From positions 219,365 through 283,364 of the forward strand of contig RQSC01000028.1 in the NCBI GenBank assembly GCA_013416795.1: a DNA stretch of 64,000 bases, in the 5' to 3' direction. Each line of letters opens with the position of its first letter. The first letter of the stretch is position 1. The stretch is from Prasinococcaceae sp. CCMP 1430 (lineage: Eukaryota > Plantae > Prasinodermophyta). The notes under the pieces are model-generated. The model was not told where the DNA came from. It was given only the letters and a program-made list of their open reading frames with translations, and ran no database searches. A program made the position numbers and the translations under genes. Positions 1 to 12,012 of this stretch are shown here, piece by piece.

Positions 1-1
1 G

Positions 2-478
2 GCTCGGGCGGCGCTCGCGCCCGCCGCGGAGCGCGCGCTCGGCACGGCGGCCTTCCTGCTCCCGGTGGCCGGGGCCGCGCCGTACGGCGCCAAGCTCCTC
101 GTTCAGCTCCCATTCCTCGTGCCCCTCCTCATGCCCTTTCTCCAGTTCATGGCCTCGGTGCCGTACGCGAACATGATTTTGTTCTTCGCGCTCTACCTCG
201 GCGTCGTCAACAACAACCGGCTGTCGCGCTTCGTGCGCTTCAATGCGCTCAACGCCATCCTCGTCGACCTGCTCCTGGTGGTGCCGAAGATGGCCGCGTC
301 TCTCTTTCCGCCGAAGACTGCGGCAGCTGCGACCGCGTGGGGCTACCTCTTCAATGCGCTCTTCGCGGTGTGCTTGGTCGCGTTCGTGCTCAACGCCATC
401 TCCTCGATGAAGGGCGAGGAGGTGCAGCTGCCTCTCCTGTACGACGCCGCACAGGCGCAGCTGCCGTACGGGTACTGA
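2..478 (+). CDS. TIC20: Tic20-family chloroplast inner-envelope translocon protein (5' partial)
   Basis: Frame is open from base 2: AERALGTAAFLLPVAGAAPYG...LFFALYLGVVNNNRLSRFVRFNALNAILVDLLL. The SRFVRFNA(M/L)QAxLLD-type motif and four hydrophobic helices are typical of Tic20. Confidence 0.88.
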   Translation, partial: ARAALAPAAERALGTAAFLLPVAGAAPYGAKLLVQLPFLVPLLMPFLQFMASVPYANMILFFALYLGVVNNNRLSRFVRFNALNAILVDLLLVVPKMAASLFPPKTAAAATAWGYLFNALFAVCLVAFVLNAISSMKGEEVQLPLLYDAAQAQLPYGY

Positions 479-624
479 GCGAGTTCGTCGTAGTAAAACG
501 CGTACAAATTACACTCGAGATGCGCCGGCGGCTGCCGCGGCGCGGCCGCGCCCGTCGGGGCGGGGCGCAGCTCTTGAAATGGCAGTAGGCAGGAAACAAA
601 AAATCGCGCGCCCGCCCGGCGTGC

Positions 625-957
625 CTACGAGACGAGGCCGATGGTGTCCTTCACGATGAGGAACATGCCGGCCGTCAGCAGCAGCAGGAAGCCCGAGTTC
701 ATTATGCCCTGCTCGAGCTCCTTGGGCAGCTTGTCCCCGCCGCGCACGGCCTCGAGCGCGATGAGCGCCAGGTAACCGCCGTCGAGCGCCGGCAGCGGCA
801 GCATGTTCACGACCGCGAGGTTGATGTTGACCGCCGCAGCGAACTCGTAGAGCCCGGAGAGCTCCTTCTTTGCAATGTCCGCGCCCACGGCAACGATGGC
901 CACGGGGCCGCTCACGGCGTCCTTGTTCTCGCCGAAGTGGAAGAAGATTTGCCCCAT
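625..957 (-). CDS. Peptidase M50 (RseP/AraSP-like) membrane zinc metalloprotease, C-terminal part only
   Basis: VSGPVAIVAVGA...NINLAVVNMLPLPALDGG carries the NxxPxxxLDGG motif. TGTAA on the minus strand at ~506-510. The upstream HExxH/PDZ part is not visible and may lie in the N gaps. Confidence 0.85.
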   Translation of the reverse strand: MGQIFFHFGENKDAVSGPVAIVAVGADIAKKELSGLYEFAAAVNINLAVVNMLPLPALDGGYLALIALEAVRGGDKLPKELEQGIMNSGFLLLLTAGMFLIVKDTIGLVS

Positions 958-1503
958 CCGCGTCCGGCTCGGGCGCCTCCTCGTCGAGGCCGGCGCCCGC
1001 GCCCGCGCCCGCCCGCGCGCCGCGCGAGACTTTCCGGAATCGCATTTCGACCGCATTCCCACTCCGTGCATTCACACCGCCATCGAACGGCCCTCCCGGG
1101 CCTTCGGAGGTCAAGCGCCACGCGGCCGCGCACCTCTGACGCGTTTTGACCACCGCTGGGACGCAAGTCAGGAGGGGAGCGGGAGGCCCCACCGCGTGCG
1201 GTTTGGGCTCGGGAGGGGGGGCCGCGAGGGCAACGGCCGTTTGCACGGGCGGGGGGCCCCACGCGATGATTTCGATCTCCGTGCGTTTCGAGGCGCCGAG
1301 CGAGAAAAAAAAAAAGTGCGCGCGCTCGCCGCGCGCGCGCGCGCGCGCGCGGGCGGCGCCATTACGGTATATACATAGTAGGGTTCATTACATGTGTTAT
1401 ATGAATGTGTTTTGACGAGTGATTTTTGTGTGAGGTTTGGGTTTGGGTGCGGGGGATCCCTCCGCGCGCGCGCGCGCGCGGCGCGGGCGCCGGGGCGCCA
1501 GAG

Positions 1504-1906
1504 NNNNNNNNNNNNNNNNNNNNNNNNNNNNNNNNNNNNNNNNNNNNNNNNNNNNNNNNNNNNNNNNNNNNNNNNNNNNNNNNNNNNNNNNNNNNNNNNN
1601 NNNNNNNNNNNNNNNNNNNNNNNNNNNNNNNNNNNNNNNNNNNNNNNNNNNNNNNNNNNNNNNNNNNNNNNNNNNNNNNNNNNNNNNNNNNNNNNNNNNN
1701 NNNNNNNNNNNNNNNNNNNNNNNNNNNNNNNNNNNNNNNNNNNNNNNNNNNNNNNNNNNNNNNNNNNNNNNNNNNNNNNNNNNNNNNNNNNNNNNNNNNN
1801 NNNNNNNNNNNNNNNNNNNNNNNNNNNNNNNNNNNNNNNNNNNNNNNNNNNNNNNNNNNNNNNNNNNNNNNNNNNNNNNNNNNNNNNNNNNNNNNNNNNN
1901 NNNNNN
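1504..1906. other. Assembly gap (N run)
   Basis: Run of N flanked by (GC)n tracts. Further N runs at 3343-3934, 24486-24587 and 38623-38666, and single N at 10418, 14036, 18368, 29195 and 33396. Confidence 1.
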
Positions 1907-4279
1907 GCGCCGCCGCGCCGCGGCCGCGCGGCCGCGCGCGTCGGCTCGAGGTTAAGGTTGCACTTTCAGGTATTATACTCGAAAGGGTTCATACATTCGC
2001 CATGCGTTTTGACGTGCGAGGAAATATCCGCGCGTTTTCGCGCCCGCGGTCCCAGGGCCGCCCTGGGACCGCCGCCCACAAAAAAACGTGGGAGAAAATC
2101 GCGAATTTTACGGAACTGCACTGCACAGCCGCGAAAAACGCGGAAAAAAAAACGCGTGCGCACTTGGGGTTCGTCACACCGAACCGAAACCCCATCCCTC
2201 TGTAACTGTGCGTCTGCGCGTCCGCAACCGTAACGACACGGGTTCAAAATATCGGCACAAATCGCGCCTCCGAGGAACGAAAATGCGGAAAAGCAGACCC
2301 TCGTGCGGAGTCTGGTGCGCGGCTGCGGGTATGGCTCGCCCGTGGGGGTCTTTCCTATGAATGAGGATGGAATCACCCAGCGGGCCGCCCGCGGCCACGC
2401 GAACCGAATCGCCTCGGATCGAAGGGGATTCAGAGCGGGCGGAGACGGAGAGGGGAGACGGAGGTGCGTGCGCGCCCAGCACGCCATGCGCGTGCGCGTG
2501 CGGGCCTGCGCTCGTGTGTGACTCTGCTCTGCCCGTGTGTGTGCGCGCGCACGTGGGGGCCGCGAGCGCTCACGACCAACCGCGGGTGCCCGCACTTCCA
2601 CTGCTGCCTCCATGCCTCTGCGAGCCGCGGCCAGCGGTGCATACATTTGCACTCGAGCACTTCGCGGCCAACGGAAGCTTTTCCCGTGGGTACATATGAC
2701 GTATCTTAAAGTGCATTTATTGGGATGCGCGGGCGCCCTCGGAAGGAGGGGAGGCGTCCGGACCCCGTCGCCCAACGCTCTTGGATTCCACAGATACGCT
2801 CGTGTTTATTGGAGATTGTGGAATCCATATCGCGTTTGTTGGTGTTATTGAGTTGGAAAATGGAATCCATGGCGCGAGCGGGGCGCGCCTGCGCGCAGCG
2901 CGGGCGCTGCGCGCGCGCGCGCGCGCGCGAGGGTGGGAAAATCGGCGGCGCGCGCGCTCGCGCGCCCGCGAAGATCTTTTTCCCAGCCGCGGAAGGGGGC
3001 GGCGCGCGAGGCCGATTTTTCTGTCGCCGGACGGATGGAGGGCCTCCTCCCATCGCGATGGCGATGCGTGCCCGTGTGCATTTATTTTATTTATTTATTT
3101 ATTTATTTGTTTGTTTGTTTGTCATGTGTTTGCTGCTGTGTGGGGAACCTCCATGCACAGAGCCGACGTTTTATTTTTTATTCTTTTATTTTATTTGTTT
3201 ATTTTTGTTGTATCAACATACAACCCAACAACCATCCTCCATGCCACCCAACGGCTGCGAACTCGGTCTCTCTCTAGTAATACCGTCATGGTATCACGGG
3301 TGCGGGCGGCGCGGCGCGGCGGCCCAGCGCCGCCGCCGGCGCNNNNNNNNNNNNNNNNNNNNNNNNNNNNNNNNNNNNNNNNNNNNNNNNNNNNNNNNNN
3401 NNNNNNNNNNNNNNNNNNNNNNNNNNNNNNNNNNNNNNNNNNNNNNNNNNNNNNNNNNNNNNNNNNNNNNNNNNNNNNNNNNNNNNNNNNNNNNNNNNNN
3501 NNNNNNNNNNNNNNNNNNNNNNNNNNNNNNNNNNNNNNNNNNNNNNNNNNNNNNNNNNNNNNNNNNNNNNNNNNNNNNNNNNNNNNNNNNNNNNNNNNNN
3601 NNNNNNNNNNNNNNNNNNNNNNNNNNNNNNNNNNNNNNNNNNNNNNNNNNNNNNNNNNNNNNNNNNNNNNNNNNNNNNNNNNNNNNNNNNNNNNNNNNNN
3701 NNNNNNNNNNNNNNNNNNNNNNNNNNNNNNNNNNNNNNNNNNNNNNNNNNNNNNNNNNNNNNNNNNNNNNNNNNNNNNNNNNNNNNNNNNNNNNNNNNNN
3801 NNNNNNNNNNNNNNNNNNNNNNNNNNNNNNNNNNNNNNNNNNNNNNNNNNNNNNNNNNNNNNNNNNNNNNNNNNNNNNNNNNNNNNNNNNNNNNNNNNNN
3901 NNNNNNNNNNNNNNNNNNNNNNNNNNNNNNNNNNGGCGCCGGCCCCGCGGCGGCGCCCGCGCGGCGCCGCGGCGGCCGTGTCCGGTCGCACCCTAACTAC
4001 GAATTCGCCGCGCCTCGCGCGCCGACTGGGCCCGCGGCGCCGCCCTCGCCCGCCTTGCACACGCACAGCCGCACCGCGACGACCGATGGGGGACGGCGAC
4101 CGCCCCCTCACCTCATCCCACCCCTCCTATCCCGCCCCGCCCCGTCCCAGCACGCACACGCGCACTCCAGCCATCGCTCACGCACCCGCGCGCACCTCTG
4201 CACCGGCCGGGGAATCAGCCGGCCGATCGCAGCACAGCCGCCGCGCCTCGGCTCCCAACGCGCGCGACCACACACGCGT

Positions 4280-4760
4280 ACGGCGAACACACCCACACCC
4301 ACATCCACACCCACACCCGCCCACACACGCGCGCGCGCACACACGCGCGCGCACGCACGCACGAACACACCCACGACCACACCCACCCACCCGCGCTCGC
4401 GCGCGCGAACGCGCACACCCCCCATCACACCCACCCACACATCGATCCACGCGGGCGCGCGCGCGCGCGCGCGCGCCCCCCAGCCCCGCCCCCCGCCCCG
4501 CCGAAACCCCATCATTTTCCGGCTTGCCGTCGCTCGGTCGCGCCCCCTTTTTTTTGTTTTGCGGTTGGCCCGTGGAGCGTTTCTGGCGTGCGGCTTTGGG
4601 GTTGGGGGTTGGGAGCGGGTGTGTGTGTTTGTCTGCGGCGCGCTCCGCGCGCGCGCACAGAATATCACATCGCATCACCTCACCTCACCTCACAACACAT
4701 CACATCACAGCGCATCACACGCGCACGCACGCATCACAACCGCATCACGCCCTCGCCGCG
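4280..4760. repeat. Low-complexity CA-rich / (GC)n / CATCA(C) microsatellite region
   Basis: cacacccac, cacacgcgcg and catcacctcacctcac arrays; the ORFs here are repeat-derived. Confidence 0.7.
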
Positions 4761-6053
4761 CGGGCCCGCGCGCGGCACGCACGCGGCTCCGCGCTCATCG
4801 CCGCGCGCTTTTCGCGGCGAACGGTGCCAGCGCCACCCCTCCGTGCGCCCCTCCCCTCCCCTGGGAGCGCGTCGCGCGTGCTGTGCCTGCCTGCGTCGCG
4901 CCCCCTCAGCTCGCTCCGCTCGCCTCTGCCCATCGCCATCGCCGTGGCGTGGCGTGGCGATGGCACCCGCACCCGCACACACCGCCGCACGCACCCACAA
5001 CCGCACCCACCGGCCCACCGCCACCGCCACAGCCCGCGGCGGCACGGTGCGAAGAGCCCAGCGATCGATCCAAAGCGCGCGCGCGGGCGGACCGGCGCCG
5101 CGCCGAACAGCGTCGATGTGAATGGATCGATCAATGGATGAATGGACGCAGGGAGCAGCATACAGTACACGCCGGCCTGAGCTCCCTTTTTGATTTTGAT
5201 TTTTGTTTTGTTTTGTTTTGTTTTTGTTTTATTTCGGCGCCACTTTTTTTTTTGAATTTCGTCGCGGCGGGCGGCGGGCGGCGCTCTCGCGAGGCGCGCG
5301 GGGGGCAGCGGGGCCAGCAGCGGCGGGACTCGCAGCAGCGCGCGCACCTCGCGGCGGTGCCCGTGCCGACCACGCCGTGACGAGCGAGCCTGCGCGCGAG
5401 CCCGCACGACCTGCACGACCTGCACAGCACCGCTGCACCGGCAGAGACCATGTACATCACTATGACCTGCGCGTATACCTGTGACATGCTCGCATGTACA
5501 ACACCAAGACAACCGGCCCAAGCGCGCACCTGCCGAGCGCGCCGCTGGCGGCACCTCGTCGGTGTCGCCGCGCGCGCCCGGGCTGCAGGTGCGCACGACG
5601 CTGGACGACGACATACTACCCATTCTTTCTTCCCCACGTATGCAAATTTTTTCGACGTTCATCGAGCTCTACTGTTCAAGAGAGTCGGTACTTTCCGCGG
5701 CCGCGCACACACACGCGCGGAGAGAGGTGCGCGCTCCCGCTGCCCCAGGGGGGGAGGGCGGGGCGCGTCAAGACGGCAGCGGCCGCGGCGAGCCACGAAG
5801 CACAGCTGAAACTAGCCGGACAGGAGGAGGCGCCCTCCCGCGAGCGACGAGCGAGCGGGCGGACGCGCGGCCTGGCTGTGCGTGCGTAATTGTTCAGACC
5901 GAGAGCCCCGCCGCCCCGCATCAGCACGCGCGAGCGCACGCGCTGAGCGTGTGCGACATTGCGCGCGCTGGCCCGCTCACCGCAAGTCGACGCGCGCCTC
6001 TGCTGGTGTGTGTGTGTGTTTCGATATTATTACAGCCGGCGACACGGCGACGG

Positions 6054-8713
6054 TCACCCCGACGCGCCGCCGCCCGGCGGCACTCGCTGCCTCTGCAGCG
6101 CCTCCGACTCTTTCACGATGGACTGATACTCCTCCGAGAGCGTGCGCATGTGCTCCGCTTGCTCCCGCCGCTGGCGCTCCAGCTCCTCCGCCAGCTCCCG
6201 CTCCCACTGCTCCTGCTTGGCCTGCCTGCTCTGCTGCGACACGCGCGCCGACTCCATCGCGACCTCGCGCTCGCGCACGGCGATGTCCGTGCCGACGATC
6301 TGGTGGTCGAGCGAGTCCTCCGCCATCTTCGCGCTGCGCTCGCTCGCCAAGCCGACGTGCGCGCCGTCGAGCGCCACGCGTCGCGCGGCAGGCGGTAGCG
6401 GCTCCTCGCGCAGGCGCTGCAGGTCCAGCTGCGGCGGGCGCGTCTGCGGGTGCGTCGGCGAGTCGAAGGCGGGCGCGTCCCCCTTGTGGGGGTCGCGCGG
6501 GCTGTGCGGACGCACATGGCCGTTTGCGTTCGAGTACCGCGGCGTGTGCGGCGCGAACGGCCCCTTCACGGCGTAGAGCGGCTGCGTGAGGACCTCCGAG
6601 GCACCCAGCGCGCGCTGCAGGTACGAGCTGATCTCGTCCTCACCCGCGAGGTGCGACGGCCGCGCGCGCGCGCCGACGTCCACGCCGGCAGCACGCAGCG
6701 CGTACTGCACGTGCGCGCGCATCGCGCCGTCCGCCTGCGCGCGCGAGCGCGCGCGGGCCTGGGCGTCAGCCGATGCGGACGCTACGCGAGTGCCACGAGC
6801 GATGCTTCGCGCGCACGCGCGACTCGCGCACACGCACCGTCGTCGCGCTCGACCCCCCGCTGCTTTGCGACGAGGCGGGCGTCTGCCACGCGGGCAGCGG
6901 CGCGGGCGCCACGGCGCCGCCGTTGGCGGGCACCAGCCGCGGCGATGGCTGCACCTTGGCGCGTGCGGGTGCGCCGGATGACGCGCCGTTCGATGGCACC
7001 AGTCTCAGGACCTGCTGCGGCGGGGCAGGCGCGGGGTCGGAGCCGAAGCGGATGGCTGGCGCGGGCGCGGCCTGCGCCTGGGGGGGAGGAGGCGGGGCCA
7101 CGTAGTCGGAGGGTACCTGGGTGGTGACAAAGGCGTGCGTGAGGAGCTCCTCGGCGGTGGGCCGTTCGCGCGGCTCGCGCCGCATGCACTGCCGCAGGAA
7201 GTCGCGCCCCTCGGGGCTCAGGCTGTCCGGCACGGGCGGCGGCGCCTTCGAGGACGCAATGTGGAAGAGCGCCGAAACCTGCGAGGTGTATTCGCAGAAG
7301 GGCGGCTTCCCTGTGGCCATCTCTATGATCGTGCACCCAACCGACCAGATGTCTGCGCTGGAGTTGTGGCCCGTCTGTTTGATCACCTCGGGCGCCATCC
7401 AGTAGGGCGTGCCCTTGATGCTGCGTGCCCCCTCTGCGAGCGTGGTGAGCGTCGCCAGCGACTTGGACGCACCGAAGTCTGCCAGCTTGACGAAGCCGCT
7501 GTTGTCCACGAGAAGATTGGCCCCCTTGATGTCTCTGTGCACACAGTTCATGCCGTGCAGGTAGGCGAGCCCCTTGAGGATCTGGCGGGCGTACGCCCGC
7601 ACCACGCGTTCGTGGAAACTGCCGAAGCGCATGAGCAACTGGGCTATGGAGCCGCCGGGGACGTACTCCAAGAATATGGACAGCATGCCCTTCGCCTCAT
7701 CTGTCGCGGTGCCTATGTAACGCACGATGTTGGGGTGGCGCAGGCCCTGCAGCAGCGCAACCTCACCGTGCACCTCGCGCAGCTTGGCACTCACCGAGGA
7801 CGGCATGCGCGAGCCCCCGACTGGCACCTCAATCTGCTTGACGGCCATCAGCTCCCCAGTGTCGACGTTGAGCCCCAAATAGACGGCGCCGAAGGCGCCT
7901 CTGCCGAGCAGTTCGCCTCGTTGCCATCGCAGCACCGACGTGGCGCCGCCCTCGCCCTCGAGCACCGCCTCGAGCACGGCGCCGCCACCGGGCATGCGCG
8001 AATGTGACGCCGACGAATCACCACCGCCGGCATCCTCGCGGGAGGTGGATGGAGCGTCACTGCTACGCGCGCTGCGCGTGAGCACGCGCATCGTAAAGGC
8101 GCGCGAGTCAGGTTTGCACGCACGCTGGCGCGCAGTCACGCGTGGGCTCGTTTCCCACCCGTCTGCTCGCCTGAATGTGCGCGCTCGCGCTCGCGCCCGT
8201 CTCTCATGCGCACCTGTCGTAGCTGCTCGCCGAGAGCGACGCCGGCTGCGTCCCGCTCGCAGCCTCGTCGCTCGCCGACCGCGTGCTCGGCGGCGCCCCC
8301 CAGCCATTCCCCTGCGCTCCGCCAAGCTGCACCTGCAGTTGGGGACGCTCCCCGCCGTGCTCCAGACTCTGCTGTTGCTCTTGCAACGGCCACGGCTGCG
8401 ACGGCTGCAGCGACGCTGCTGCGCCCTCGTCGAATCCGGCGTCGGGCGCTGCCCGCGTGCCGTCTGCGCCTGCTTCCTGCTCGCTCGCCTGCGCGCCCCC
8501 GTCCCCGCGCTCGTACTGGGCACGCGTGGGCACGTCCTCACCTTGACCGCTCGTACTTGCGGCATGGGGAGACGCAGCGTGCAGCGACGGCGCGACGGTC
8601 TTCGGAGACACCTCTGTTGGCGACGTGGCGCTGCGTCCGCTGAGGTCCGCGCGGTCCGCGCCAGGATTCGAGACCACCACGGCCGAGCGCTGCGCGCTCG
8701 CGCCGCACCCCAT
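6054..8713 (-). CDS. NPK1/ANP-like MAP kinase kinase kinase; exons 8713-8214, 8170-6838, 6734-6054
   Basis: Kinase motifs WQRGELLGRGAFG, MAVKQ, HRDIKGANLLVD, DFG and GTPYWMAPE. The C-terminal EQWERELAEELERQRRE resembles the NPK1/ANP coiled-coil tail. GT-AG introns of 43 and 103 nt restore the frame. TGTAA at ~6030-6034 follows the stop. Confidence 0.88.
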
Positions 8714-8946
8714 TGGGGGTGCGCTGGCCGGCGGGCGTCCCCCTTCCTCCCCCCGTGAGCTCCCCCGCGCGCCCCGCCGCGCCGGCGGCGCGCGCGGCGC
8801 AGTGGCGCCTACGGCTCCCCGCGGGCCGTCGCGCCGCTCCCGGCAGCGCCGCGCCGCCGCTTCGGGGAACCGGGCCGCGACCCAAAAGCCATCGCGACGC
8901 GCACGCGCGAACAAACAAAAAATTCAAGACCCTACGTAACAATCTT

Positions 8947-8973
8947 TTAACCCTAACAAACCTAAACCCTAAA
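8947..8973. promoter_or_regulatory. Telo-box-like cluster (TTAACCCTAA / AAACCCTAAA)
   Basis: ttaaccctaacaaacctaaaccctaaa lies in an AT-rich island ~240 nt upstream of the MAP3K start. Confidence 0.5.
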
Positions 8974-9209
8974 TGGGCAGCGCGCTTCGCGGGTCGATCG
9001 CGCGCATACCATCCCATGGTACAGTGCATGCCCCGCTCGCGCGCGTCGACGACCGCCGCGGAGTAGCTACTGCAAGAGCATCCGTGTGAACCAGCACGCT
9101 GCGCCGACGCACTGACGGCTGGGGCTCGCGCGCGTGTCTCTTGTGTTGCCAGCGCGGCCGCGTGCGAGCAGGTCGAGATTGAGGTCGGATCGTGCGAGCA
9201 CTGTCTGTC

Positions 9210-10077
9210 TCAGTTCGGTGCAAGGTACGACGAGTACGCTTCGAGCGCGCTCTGTGCACCAAACAGCAAGAAGAGCGCTCCGCCCGCGAGGAGCACGACC
9301 CTCTCCGAGATAGCACTGGCGAACGCGCGGCCCCCGAGCACAGCGAGCCCCGTGCACAGTGCGTGGCCCACCACGCCGCCGAGCGTGACGCCCAGCGGGT
9401 CCGAGTCCGCAGCAAGCGTGATGGTCGCTAGCTGCGAGCGGTCACCCCATTCGGCGAGGAAAGTCAACGAGAACGCGCGCACGAACACCACGCCGAGGCC
9501 CAGCGCTGACGCGAGCGAGCCCAGCGTGCCGCCCGGCACCTTGCTGGCACCGGACTTGTCGGACCCCTGCCGGAGCTCCTCTTCCACCTCTGCGAGCTCC
9601 TGCGTGGCGGCAGGGGTGACAGGTGTGGCACGGCAGGTCCAAAGGGTTAGCGCCGCGACGCGCGCTGAGAGAGGATTGCGGCGCGCACGCGTGCGCGTGC
9701 TTGCAATGGCGACAGGTAGCTGCGAAGCATGTCGCGCCGCCCCCTGTGCCGCTGCTCACCTGGAGCTCGCCGCTGGCACCCCACGCGTCTGCCAGCATGC
9801 GAGCGCCAAAGTAGAAGAAGAGCAGCGCCGCGACGGCGTCTGTGGCCGCTGCGCCGCCGCCGGTCATCTCGCTCAGCTCCCCGACCGCCCACCCGAACGC
9901 CGCCGAGAGCGCTGTCATCACCGCGAGCGCCCCCACCGCCCCGGCGAACACTCTCGCGCGCGACTGCGTCATCGCCATCACCGCCGCGATGAAGAACGTT
10001 TTGTCGCCAATCTCGTTCGCGCCGATCATGACGGCCGACTTGACGAAGCCCTCCGAGAAGGCGCCGCCGGGTGCCAT
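9210..10077 (-). CDS. GDT1: GDT1/TMEM165 (UPF0016) Ca2+/Mn2+ transporter; exons 10077-9760, 9599-9210
   Basis: Twin signature motifs EIGDKT and EWGDRSQ. A phase-0 GT-AG intron at 9759-9600 gives 235 aa. Confidence 0.93.
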
Positions 10078-10418
10078 CGCGGCCCGCCGTGCCGCCCGCG
10101 GCGCCCGCCGGCCCCGACCGACTCCGACCCCTAGCCCCCCTCCTGCTCTCAACCCCAGCCGCCCTCCCCTCCCTGCCTCAACTCCCGCCTCCCTCCCCCT
10201 CCCCCCTCCCGCCGCAGCCACCGCCACCCCCTCCCCGTCGGCGCCGCGCTCGCCTCGCGCCGTGTGGCGCCAGCCCCGCCGCCGCCAACCCCAAACTCCC
10301 GTTTTTTTTATTGTCCCTTTTTCGCGCGCGTTTTCGTGCGTTTCCCGTCTCTCATTTCGTTTCCGTCCCGCGCGCGACGCACATGCGAAAACATGAGCGG
10401 CGAAAGGCCGGAAAAACN

Positions 10419-11071
10419 CTGCCGCGCGGGCGGGCGCCGGCGGCGCTCGCGGCCGCGACCGCGGCGGCGGGATGCCGCGTGTTCGTCGGCAACCTGTCCT
10501 TCGACACCGATTGGCGCGCACTCAAGGACCACATGGCCGCGGCGGGCGAGATCGCGCGCGCCGACGTCGCGACGTCTGCCGAGGGCCGCTCCAAGGGGTA
10601 CGGAATCGTCGAGTACGCGTCGGCGGCGGGTGCGCTGCAGGCGATCACGTCACTGTCCAACACGCAGCTCGACGGGCGCCTGATCAACGTGCGCGAGGAC
10701 CGCGAGCCGGAGAAGCCGGCGGCGGCCAGCGCCCCTCGTGGTACCTTCGCCCCCCCCGCCGTCGGAAACCTCGCGCGCAGGCTGTACGTGGGCAACCTCG
10801 CCTGGAGCGTGTCGTGGCAGGGCCTGAAGGACCTCTTCAAGCAGTGCGGCAACGTGGTGTACGCCGACGTCATGAAGACGCGCGAGGGGCGCTCCAAGGG
10901 CTGCGGCATCGTCGAGTTCCAGACCCACGAGGAGGCGCGCCGCGGCCTCGCCCTGCACGACACGCAGCTCGACGGCCGGCCCATCATCGTGCGCGAAGAT
11001 AGGGAAGACCGCGAGCTCGGGGGCGGGGGCGGTCCGCGCCGCGGCCCGCCGCCGCTCGCGGGGCGCCTCGG

Positions 11072-11123
<52 letters not shown>

Positions 11124-11609
11124 GGAATGGGCATGCCCATGGGCATGGGTATGGGTGGGCCTGGGCCGAGGCCGCAGCCGGACGGTTGCACAGTGGTGCG
11201 TGACAGCGCAGCGCTCATTCTTCGAGGCGCGAGATCCACGTTCGCCTCCCCCCCCCCTTTCCCCCCGCGCCGCCGCCACAGTTGCGTTGGTATCTGACTG
11301 ACAGGCGCATGCGCGCGTCACACACACTTATGACGCCATTGCCGCGGTTTGCGCGCTCGCCACGCGCAGGTTGTGCACAATCTCCCCTTTGAGGCCGGCT
11401 GGCAGGAGCTCAAGGACCATTTTCGCGCCGCGGGCGACGTCGTGCGCGCCGAGGTCGCTTCGGGTCCCGACCGCCGCTCCAAGGGCTTCGGCTCCGTCAC
11501 CTTCCGCTCGCAGGCGGACGCGAACAACGCTGTGGCCACGCTGCACGACAGCGAGCTGGCCAAACTACCTGGGCGCAAGTTGGCCGTGCGCATCGGCACG
11601 CCCGTCTGA
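10419..11609 (+). CDS. Three-RRM Gbp2/Hrb1/hnRNP-M/Gbp1p-like RNA-binding protein; 5' end broken by N at 10418; exons ..11195, 11370-11609
   Basis: RRMs VFVGNLSFDTDWRALKDHM..GRSKGYGIVEY, LYVGNLAWSVSWQGLKDLF..GRSKGCGIVEF and VVHNLPFEAGWQELKDHF..SKGFGSVTF. The WxxLKD and VREDRE motifs are family-typical. Confidence 0.88.
11070..11153 (+). repeat. (GGCATG)n coding hexamer repeat encoding a (GM)n tract
   Basis: Tandem ggcatg units between RRM2 and RRM3. Confidence 0.95.
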
Positions 11610-12012
11610 GCGCGACGTCCCATGGCGTGGGCGCCGTTGGTCTCGTCGCGGAGGCACGCGGCCAGCCCACCCCGCCCCCATCAAGGACACCAGTGCCGCC
11701 GCACACTGTGCGATGCGGCCGCGAATTGGTAGGACTGAGCTAGCTCCGCAGTGCGCCCGACGGCTCAGGGGCGCAGTAACAGACCGTTGCTTCGTAGTCT
11801 CACACCGCCGTCATGGCAGGCGGCGGCGCCCGCGCTGTGCGCGCCTCGACAGTGGACGGCCATCGGTAGCAACGAGACGCGTCCGGGGTGCGATATTACA
11901 GGGGTTGAGTCCAGGGCGTGGGTCGGGGCAACGTATGGTAGGGTGGGTAGTATGGTCACAGCTCTATTCTGGACTTCGGTGGTAGAGTACACGGGCTGCC
12001 ACGCGCTGGTGC

